Positions 40,173-49,972 of a stretch of 56,384 bases of DNA are shown piece after piece (position 1 is the first letter of the stretch; each line of letters starts with the position of its first letter). The notes under the pieces were generated by a model that was not told where the DNA came from, made no database searches, and saw nothing but the letters and a program-made list of their open reading frames with translations. The stretch is taken from contig LVLI01000169.1 in NCBI GenBank assembly GCA_001687465.1, positions 1-56,384 on the forward strand, read 5' to 3'. The DNA comes from Halocafeteria seosinensis (taxonomy: Eukaryota). The position numbers were made by a program, and so were the translations under genes.

Positions 40173-40255
40173 ACGAGATGGGTTAATTGCTCTAGTTTTT
40201 GTTGGCTGTTGTCGTCTGCTTGCGTTGCCAATTGGTATAGTTTTTAAATCTTATG

Positions 40256-42089
40256 TTACTCAATATATTTCCGTAAAAATTCGGGAATTTCGTCTAACTT
40301 CATTGTACCCTTGTTAACTTCTTCGAACTTCTTCGCATGTTCAGGGTTCCGGAGTGTGGGTGTCTTCGCTGAGGGTTTTGAGGTCCACTGCTTCTCTCGG
40401 GCCTTTTCCTGTGTCTTCTTCCCTTCCTGTTTTTGAAGGGAGAGGTGTTTCCTTCCCTCCGGAAGCACGGTCACTAAACGTCTCAGCACTTTGCTATACA
40501 AACTAAGATAGCGAGTAGGAATATATGATTCTTGCTGGACCTGCAGTTGTTTCTATGTGCGCAATATAAACGCTGTATGATTACTGCTGAGTCAATTGAT
40601 GACATGCCTACCTGCAGAAGTAACGTGGGCAGCCGTCCTGCCAATAACACTTCACGGCTGAATTTGCTATCGAGCATTTCGTGAATTAAATCCAGTGATG
40701 CAAGTCTGACGATCAGTGATCAAATACTAGGATACGAATTGCCGCAGAGGACTTGGTGACAAGAGTCAACTTACACGACAGTCAAAGACGTTCCGTTCGT
40801 GCATTGATCGCGAAGACTTCTGATAACAAATTCATCCCAGCTGCATTATGTTACCAGAGTAAGAAGCAGATTCCGCATGAATGTCTCCGATAAAGCTTAC
40901 CCTGTCTCATGAAGCTCTTTGAGGGGGGAGCCTACGACGTTCGAAAAATAGAGATTTGTACCCACCTCGACAACTCTGCACTGAATTTCAGGGACATTCG
41001 CCCAGGCAGTTCCAATGAGGGTTCCGAAAGCTCCAATTTGTACTGCAAAGGGATGTAAGAGCACCAGGCTTCGATGACTGTGATATGTACATCCGGGAAG
41101 ACGCCACACTTACCCATGTGCATGGAGGCGTGCTCGTGTAGAGCTGCGACTTTTAGGAATCCGAGACCTTCAATTGCAAACTGACTTCCACACTCTAACA
41201 ATGCTAAAGCGGATTCCACGGCGTGACGGAACTGCTCCGTAAACCTGGTGGCCTCCAAATACCTGCAAAGTGCAACCGACCACAATATTGATACTTATAC
41301 CCAGATGGAGCGAAGCTAGGCACAGAAACCTACATGAAGCCTTGCTTTTGCCGGAAGATTGTCCGTACAGAGTCTCGTAAAGCCTTGGCTGTCTCCCATT
41401 CATCCAGTTGCAGGGCTTTTCTGCTATGGGCAGAGACGCAATCCCTTGTATCATGACCAAGGGCGCCTGGATCAGGCAACCAACCCTGTGAAGGAGTAAC
41501 GCTATCCAATACACAGGCGTCGAAAGCATTCATCTTCAGGGAGTTTGAAACGAATGCACCAAACAAGTGTGCTTGTAGTAGTACCAATTCCCACCTGCGA
41601 CGATGTTGTACGCCTTTACTTCAATTTAAGCACACGATTGTAGCAATGTGTGAGAAGTTTCTGAGACTTCCTCATATCACCTTTTACACTTATTTCCATT
41701 TATTAGTATTTTCTGTTTGCCGATACCATTTTGACTAGTAAATCCAACACATCATATACCGTTTGTCTTCGTGAGGTAACAGTGCTATACATGTATATGG
41801 ATGATGCAGATTCCTCCAGAGTTAAACTCGAAGTACGTACGGTAGTTGTAACCACTAACTGCAGTATGCACATCTCTTACCGTCTTGTTCCCGAATGCAG
41901 CGGAAGGTGAAAACAGTTGGCGTCCTTGACGTCAGTGCGTTCCACCTGCAGAATTTTCGTCTGGGTGTGGCTTGACCCCAAGTACATCCGCGTTGTGGAA
42001 CGATAGGCATCCGGCTGAACATACCAGAGGTAGAGGCAACCGGGGGACTGACAAATTCCACAGTTATCGATACACAGTGTGTCGCGCAT
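40256..42089 (-). CDS. Multi-exon hypothetical protein (helical, unassigned)
   Basis: Short ORFs join through canonical GT-AG sites into ...RWELVLLQAHLFGAF...FM|YLEATRFTEQF...WDEFVIRSL...LASLDLIHEML...IPEFLRKYIE*. The 5' end is uncertain. Confidence 0.5.
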
Positions 42090-42320
42090 AATGTGTGCTC
42101 ATTTAACAAGATGAATGTACTACTGTACAACTGTTGTCCCACATTATTCCCACAACACAGGACTGTGGGTATTACTGAGGCTTCAGTGATTGCTCACTTG
42201 TGTACACATATGTGACAGAAAATCCACCGGTCAGGAAGTTGACCGATGGTAGTTGCAAAAGAAAAAGAGAAAAAACGATAAAAATGAAAACTAAATCGAC
42301 TCTTGCGTGGTGGTTCGCTT

Positions 42321-43050
42321 TCAATGAGTGACTTCAGTCTCGGTAGCGGAAAGACAGCTCTTGCATTCTTCTATTCCTTGCTCGCTTAGCTGCTTGGCAA
42401 AGTCCCAGGGCGTGTCGCCATACTGTATTCTTCAGTGTAAAGATATGAAGTCCTAGCATAAGGCTGAACCTGATAACGTGGCCAGATACTTACCCGATCT
42501 GGAATCATAGGATCGGCGTTATGTTCCAATAGTAACCGTATCAGGTCTACGTCTTTGTTGCGGACGGCATCATGCAGCGGTGTGTCACGAAGCTGCGCCC
42601 GTGATAAGCAGGAGTGATTTTCAAGAACACTTCATCATACATTGGCCGCCTACCTTCAAACTGCGGCAATTGACATCAGCGTCATATTCCTCAATAAGAA
42701 CCTGTGCAAGCTCGTAGTGTTTAAACCATACAGCGGTGTGAAGCGGTGTAAGTCCTCCCTGTGTAATTAATGTATACCGTGGTAATGTAGTAACAGCCAA
42801 GTTAGGAGCCATGGCCAGTAAATAGCCTTACCAAGCTCTTCGGATTTCGGATTCTATTGACGTCCACCTTGGGGAAATGGGCATTTCTCATTCGAATGCT
42901 GACTTCATTGCACTTTTCCCTAAAACTCTCCAATACTTGCCGCACTCCGTTAACGTTGCCTGTCGTACATGCCGTGAACAGTGCCTCCGTTTCTTTTTGT
43001 GACAGCCGAGGCTCTTCCGGAGAGAAAATGAAGAGAGTGCTCATTTTGTT
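42321..43050 (-). CDS. Ankyrin-repeat protein (3' exons; 5' exons may extend to ~44030)
   Basis: Spliced ALFTACTTGNVNGVRQVL, GLTPLHTAVWFKHYELAQVLIEEYDADVN, DTPLHDAVRNKDVDLIRLLLEHNADP and YGDTPWDFAK; stop at 42321. Confidence 0.8.
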
Positions 43051-44194
43051 GTAGTACAATTTCGATACCCAGGTATTTCTGATGCTGGATGTCTGTAAAC
43101 TTCTATCCACTGCAAATTCTTACCAGCCTTTTGCAAAGCTGTTGTTAACACCGAAGCACGGAGCAAAGAAAAGAAAAAGAAAAAAGAAAAGCCAAACAAC
43201 GAATACGTTGATTCATCCAGTTCCACCGTCCGCATCAAATCTCCCGTAGTTTGATGCTCGTTGGTTTAGAATGTAGAGAGCATATAAGGTAGCATATTTC
43301 CATTTACCCCTTCACAATCCTTTCTTGAACTCATCACTGGTACTGATTCACTACCTTCAGGCAATTCTGCCGCGGACCGCGGTGCACAGAGCAACAACTG
43401 TCATGTGGAAGGAACTATTCCTTCCCTCGATTCACTTCGACGCAGTATGTGTTTACCAGCCAAATAAGGAGTGCCAATGAGAAATTTGATGTACATGAGC
43501 TCCTTTGTCCTCCTTTCGGCGCTTGCAACTCATGCTTTTCCGTGGTTGTAGAAGGTGCGGACTGAATCTCTGTCTTAGTGCTGTTAACTGTTCTGCGCCA
43601 TACAGGGTCGCATGTGTGATACTTTACAACACATTAGTATTGCACTAGTGCGTGCGTGCTACATTGTCATTTCTCTAACTGCTGTCAAAAATTTCTAAAA
43701 TTGTACCTGAGTGAATGCGACGGAGCTCGTTTCTGTTCTGCGATGTGCTGAATCTCCAGCACTCAGATGCGGAGGAAAGTACATAGGCTACAAGGATTCA
43801 GAAAGGCTGATATTTCCCTGGGGATGATGCCAGTAGTCGATATGGATCGTTCTCAGCTGAGCTCTGGGACTTCTAGCAGTGGTATGTGCACGGCCCTGCG
43901 GTCCCGAGTTTTGCCGAGAGCCTCGGCGAGAGGGTAAGCAGACGGCGCGCGTTACGCGAGTCATGAAGACGTTTGAGGCTCTGAGCTGGCCAAAATTGAA
44001 CAGTGTAAGTCTGCGAAAAGATTGTTCCATTATGCAGAATTCAAATTCCTTGGGTTTTTTCAAAACAAAACCAGCTGTAATGAAAAAATAACTGGATAAA
44101 TTTAGCCAGATAGGCCTACGAACTAGCCTCTGTGACTTGCTTGATGACGATAATCCCTACGAAACAATAACGAAGGAAGAGGAAAGCGCAAGCA

Positions 44195-46095
44195 ATGGCT
44201 AGCTTCGACCATGTTTTGAACCGCTGCAAACAGTGGATCCTCGATGAACAGCGAGTATTAACCTCTTTCTGGCTAGCACATGCTCTTCAGATCTCAGCGA
44301 GGGATGCTAAACAGTATGTATAAACAGTAGCATTGGCGCTAGACTTGCCGCGTTTACTGGGCTTCTCTTTGATGCAGAGTTCTGGCGGCCTTTGTACACT
44401 GCCAGCAGCCTAAGCATCCTTTATTAGCGTACCTACTGCCTCCAGATGACCGCAATTATGTTTGGGACTATGTTGAGCAGGCGCCGAAGAGTGTTTCCGA
44501 GATGAAGAAGCAGTGCGAAGGGAAAACCTCTTCTGCCTCACTTTGTCTGCAAGTCCAAACCCTGATTATATCGAACTCCTCGTCCAAAGACGGAAGCACC
44601 AAGATACAGCTAGCGTTTCAAGATAAAATTGCTGACCGTACGTAAATGGTAGAGCCTCAAGGATGATGCTGGTAAGGGGGACACAATGTTGCTTACGTTT
44701 GCAGATGAACGCGATTTGAAGAATGGTTCCGTAGATGTTGAAATTTACGCCATCCAAGCTGTAAAAAACAGCAACAGTACGCCGCTAAGCAATGCTGCAT
44801 TATATAACACGGACGTTGAACAAGCAAAAGATTTATCAACTAAGGAAGGTACCCTCGGGGCGCATTTTAGGCTCAACAAGTGCGTCCGTTGACTTGGTTT
44901 GTTTTGGTTGGTGGTGAAGGACAGCCTTATATGATTGCAGAGCTGGGTCTGTTCGCATGAACGAAGAATTTCTTAAAGTTGGTACTACCAATAACGACTA
45001 TCAATTTAATCAAGGACCTGCATTACCTGTATCATCGGGCACTGTGAAATCGAAGAGCGGGGACAACTCCCTTAACAAGAGCGAACGAAAGAGTGCTGTA
45101 CCGAAGGTCAATGAACGTGTTGACAACTCTCAAAAGGCAAAGAAAACTGTTAATGCAAGTTCGTTCTTTACAAAGGCAAATAAGTCTTCTAAACAAGGTG
45201 TTGGTACCCCCAAGTCGAGTACTGAAGATGCTCCGACCAACGAGACGAAACAACAACCCGCAGCTAGAACCACTAGACCAAAGGCGTCGGACAGTGGAGA
45301 TGTAGCTGCAGATGGTATTTCTAGTGTGGAGCAACAAGCAGCTAAGACAAGTAGCCGAAAGGCATCGGATAGCGAGGATGCGGCTGCAGATGGTAAAAAT
45401 GCGAGGCCGACGCAGGACTATGCAGGGACAACGGAGGACGACAAGGAGCTATTTGATGATGAAGACAGTGATGAGGACGTAAGAGTGCCCGGGCAGAATG
45501 GGAGCGTTTCCCAAACGAGCCATCAGACAAAAAGTATGGCTCAGAAAAAGCGGAAATCACCAGAGCGCGAACAAAAAGAGGACCTGCAACATAAAGCTAG
45601 TGAAACCGGAAAGAAAAGAGAGTCGAAACAAGGAGAAGCAGGGAAAAAGAAGGCTACCCAAAACACCCAACAGAAAAAGAAAGCTACGCCAACATTCCAC
45701 GCTGACGACGGCGTGGGAAGTGAAGAAAATGAAGCACCGACGGGAAACCATTATTTCGGAAAATTCGGAATCGACAGTTCGAACAAAAACGAAGAATCGC
45801 AGCGGAAACGCCGGAAAAAGCTAGTGGAAAAAACGTACGAAGAAGATGGATACTTAGGTATGGTCTCGCAGACGCATTGTTAACAAAGTAGCATATCTAA
45901 TTGCTCTCCACTGTGTTATTTGCAGTAACTAAGAAGGTTATGGAAGAAGTATCAGATGAGGAATGCGAGATGGAGGAGCCCGTTAAGAAGGAACCGGCGA
46001 AAGCAACTCCGAGCCGCCAAGAGCCAAAACCTGTAGCGAAATCGAGAACGGATAAGAAACAGTCGAGTATGATGAACTTCTTTAAGAAGCCTTGA
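44195..46095 (+). CDS. POLD3: DNA polymerase delta subunit 3 (p66/Cdc27/Pol32)
   Basis: N-terminal WILDEQRVLTSFWLAHALQISARDAKQ; charged disordered middle; RKRRKKLVEKTYEEDGYL|VTKKV; C-terminal PIP box QSSMMNFFKKP. Confidence 0.85.
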
Positions 46096-46334
46096 AACGA
46101 AGGATGACGATGCATGTGGCAGAAAGAAAAAGAAGGAATTCCATTATTGATTGAATGCTTTATGCACTAGAGTTAGAATTTTGTAAATTGTCTCTTGTCT
46201 CCTTCCTTAAGGAGCCTTGAAACTAAGGATAACGATGCATGTGGCAAAAAGAAAAAGAAGGAATTCCATTATTGATTGAATGCTTTACACACTAGAGTTA
46301 GAATTTTGCAAATTGTCTCTTGTCTCCTTCCTTA
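46082..46334. repeat. 125-bp tandem direct duplication spanning the convergent POLD3 and HAS1 3' ends
   Basis: Units start at 46082 and 46207 and differ at about 7 positions. Each unit contains a copy of both stop codons. Confidence 0.92.
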
Positions 46335-49300
46335 CGCTTCCCGTACGGATTGGAAGCGCTGAATGCATGACCGGAAGCCTTCTTTTTGAAATAATGCGGC
46401 CTTTTGCTGTCGTCGCCAAATCCACCCCCACCGCCTCTTCGGCGAACCTTTTGACCGGTAGTTTTCAAGTTTAGATTAATCCTCGGAGGAACGCTGAACC
46501 CAAAACTTTTTCCCACTGCAGCTAGATCGAGTTCATGTACGTTGAAAATGTGCTTCAACGAATGACTGGCGTAAGATAGCAAGAAAGAGCGATATCCTTC
46601 CTTTGCTGACTTGTTCAGGAAATAGTTCTTTTCTACCAATTTTTCTAGTTGATTCTGCAGCCGAACTCGGGTAGAGGAGGTGTAAAAAAATAACAGAGCG
46701 CACACATCATGCAACCACTTACCTGCACATTAGCAATCTTATGGTCAGGGAATTCGTATTCGTTTAAGGTGACTTTCGCTGCTCGGAGGTACTTTATGAA
46801 GCCTAGCTCGTTCGGGGCAAGGAAGAGAAGCGCACGCCCACCTCCGCTCGATCCTGCGTTACACGAGGGTCAATTAAAGATTGCAGCTAATAATATCGTT
46901 CTCTCTACACTGCTTTTCGGGACAGGCGGAGTACGATCAGTGAATTGTAGTCTCTAAGTATAACGCTCATTATACAGCGTATTCACAACTTAAGTTATCA
47001 TCATCTCGTACACAAGCCATTGGCAATCTCGAGCGCAGAGTTGCACATACCTCGAGCAGTTCGACCCACACGGTGAATGTATTCCTTCGGTTCGTCAGGG
47101 GGGTCATACTGGACAATCCAGTCAACATAAGGAATATCCAATCCACGAGCTGGAATATCGTATTCAATAGCATGAAGCTTAGCACACAGGATTAGTTCTG
47201 ATTGCTTCACGTACCTGCAACGTCTGTGCACAACAGTATGCCAGACTTCGCGTTACAGAATTCAAAGAAAGTGCTAGTGCGCTTCGCTTGCTTCTGCTTC
47301 CCGTGAATATCCATTACAGGGATGTCAACATAGTTTAAGAGTTCAGCATGGAATTTTACACTGTTACAACTGCTAAAGAAAACCATTACTTTCTTCTTCA
47401 AGTTTTTCTTCAAAAAGGTATACAGTAGCAAGAACCTCTTCTCCGAAGGGCAAACGACATAGCCCTGTTCTAGCGAGTTCACAGTCGCTACAGCACTGTC
47501 GTCATCCACCCCAACATATATGGGTTTGTTTCGAATGGCCAAACGAGCCAGGTCCTCTACGTTCTTTGTCTGGGTTGCTGAAAAAAGCATCGTCTGTCTC
47601 TCTTTCGGCAATATGTTAATAATTTGATGCATCTCTTCTTCGAATCCTATTTCAAGTATCCTATCAGCTTCGTCGATTACTAAACACTGCGAAAATCAAG
47701 CATCGTTGAATGGTCTTGAACAATCAGTAACGGATTAGCAATACAATAACTTTCTTCTGGGAGTTTCTCAGCAACAATTTGTATCCTCAAACGAAATTCA
47801 GAGCAGATCTTGAATGTTGATTACATCCCCGAAATCCCGCAGAAAAACTACTAGCTTTGCATAAAGTTCTTACCTGTAGATTCGAATAAACGAAGCTTTT
47901 TGTGTTTTGGAGATGATCCAATAACCGACCCGGGGTTGCAACCAGAATGTTGACCCCTTTGGCTAGCTTGTCCGCTTCGGTCCTTCGGTTCGCACCCCCC
48001 ATTATGATACCGTGACTTTGTCTATGATACTGGGCGATTTCTCGAAGGTGTTGATATATCTGTAGCAATAAGGAAAAAAGAACATGTCAGTCCACATATA
48101 GCACCCAGATCCTACCACAACAGCGACCCAGGCGTAGTTGAGGGACAGGTGATGATATAGCATGTATTCAAAAGTTAAACACAACCAAAGAAAGACTGTG
48201 GACAACCTCTGCACCATGCGTCCAACCTTTATGGCTTCGCAATGCACACCTACCTGTAGCGCCAACTCTCGCGTTGGGGTAATAATGACAGCCCCAACTC
48301 CATTCCTGGCTTTGAACTGTGCTTTGGAGACAATCTCCATCACTGGAGTTAAGAATGCCATAGTCTTCCCAGAGCCTGTCTTTGCAGCTCCTAGTAGGTC
48401 GGTTCCCTCCAATAGTGCAGGAATTGACTGAGCCTGTATTTTAGTCATTCGCTCAAAGCCCATATCCTTAATGGCTTTCATTGTGGGTTCACTAAGTGGT
48501 AGTTCCGTAAAGGTCTTCTCACTAAAGAATTCCGAGTTAGAAAACTTATCTTTTCCAGAGACATTACCTTCAGATGTCTCCACCTTTCGGCGCTTTGTTG
48601 AAGTTTCTGCTGAATGCGAGGAATTCTCGCTCTGTTCATTCCCACCAGTTGTAACAGAGCCATCGCTCTTGGTGGCCATATCTCCACACTCTTTGATTGT
48701 CACTAGTTTTCGGGGAGTGCCGTCCGAAGATCCCTTCTTCAATATATCTTGCAGCTTTTCGACTCCTTGCTCTAGTTCGCCAATTACCACGAATCTGAAG
48801 GGAAGGGAAGTCATCCTGCTTGCGTCATTTATGATTATGAATTGGCTACCAACGCTTCTGTCTCCCCCTAGTTTCATGGCTATGAGAGGACTGCTGTGGC
48901 CCACGATATCTTCCGGTCGTGTCTGCAATGTGCAAAGAATGCTTTTTCCATCAATGGATTCTCCTCCTTCACCATTTCCTTTGATGAAGTCGCCGCCTAC
49001 ACATGCAATGCCGTGGTCAGCTCCGTCTTCCTTAGACTTGTAAATCGCATGCAGTTTGGACTCTTTGTAACTGAGCTTCTTACCGTATGCTCCACGTAGG
49101 CATTCTCCCGTGCACAATGCGCGAAAATTCTCCACGAGTTTTGAATGTAATGCTTGGCTGCTCTCATAACCTTCGATGGCGACGTCGTCATCGTCGTCGC
49201 TATCCTCTCCCTCATCGTTCTGCTCTTCTTTGTCGCCAGAGTCATCAGCGGTATGACTACCGTTTTGTTGTCCTTCGCCATCACTGCTCCCACTGTCCTC

Positions 49301-49570
49301 CTCCTCTTCTTCTGAGGACTCTTCTTCTGCTGCTTTATTCGCTTCAGAAGCCAGAACTTGGCTCAATTCGGGATGTTTGTATAACCCAAACACCAGCTGT
49401 TTCAGATCATTCTTTCCTTCAACTTGGCACATGAGGTACACCCGCGCTTGGACTTCGCGTGAAATAGGATTTGACTGATCCTTCTCCTCGGCTCCTGCTC
49501 CATGAGCGCCATTGGCTGCAGTCGGCCCTGACGCCTTTCCTGATGCGGCTCTCTTTCTATTCTTGCCCAT
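46298..49570 (-). CDS. DDX18: DEAD-box RNA helicase HAS1/DDX18 with N-terminal degenerate cyclophilin domain (~853 aa, 6 exons)
   Basis: Q motif [69 protein letters not shown] and HAS1-specific [15 protein letters not shown]. Introns 48060-48253, 47687-47873, 47150-47214, 46854-47050 and 46655-46722. Confidence 0.95.
46931..47011 (-). ncRNA. Intronic box C/D snoRNA candidate (HAS1 intron 4)
   Basis: Minus strand GTACGA-g-ATGATGA ... CTGA-TCGTAC: perfect C and D boxes closed by a 6-bp stem. The D guide AGACTACAATTC is complementary to the LSU rRNA 5' motif GAATTGTAGTCT (recalled from plant and oomycete rRNA). Confidence 0.8.
47759..47838 (-). ncRNA. Intronic box C/D snoRNA candidate (HAS1 intron 2)
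   Basis: Stem GGGATTTC/GAAA(C)TCCC, degenerate C box GGGATGT, D' CTGA, C' TTGAGGA, D CTGA. The D' guide CAAGATCTGC is complementary to conserved LSU GCAGATCTTG. Confidence 0.65.
48094..48219 (-). ncRNA. Intronic box H/ACA snoRNA candidate (HAS1 intron 1)
   Basis: Hairpin GCATG...CATGC, H box ATATCA, second hairpin CACCTG...TGGGTG, ATA box. Pocket 1 (GCAGA/TTTGAAT, 14 nt from the H box) fits SSU AUUCAAA-UU-UCUGC. Confidence 0.65.
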
Positions 49571-49972
49571 TTCCTTCCAAACACGTACCAACAGGCAGAA
49601 ACGAAGCGAGCACCCACAAACAAAATGAATGAGTGATTCGCTCAATGATAAATGCCTGGAACAGAACTCTCAACCCCTTGGACGAATGAATGAATGGATG
49701 ACCTCGTGTCACTTCAAGCTCCAAGCACGGAGGCGACAAACAAAACGTTCACTTCCAAAAGGAGTGCGTCTGTATGATACAGACTGTATCTTTTATGAAG
49801 TGAAAGTGAATGCAGTGGTATTGTCTGTTCTGTGTGTGTATACGAGAAAGGAAAGAGCTCTCCCGAGCTAGTTTCCGTTCAAAGAGAGAAGGAAAGAAGC
49901 AAACCTTGCTAGCTATCTGGCTCTGCGCATCTCCTCTAGTGCGCTGTAATACCACTCCAAACCCCATTTACG

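Noticed and set aside
43760..43990. GC-rich stretch with GAGGAAAGT and ATGATG...CTGA, suggesting RNase P/MRP or a snoRNA
   Set aside because: Partner motifs and closing stems are absent; more likely 5' exons of the ankyrin gene.
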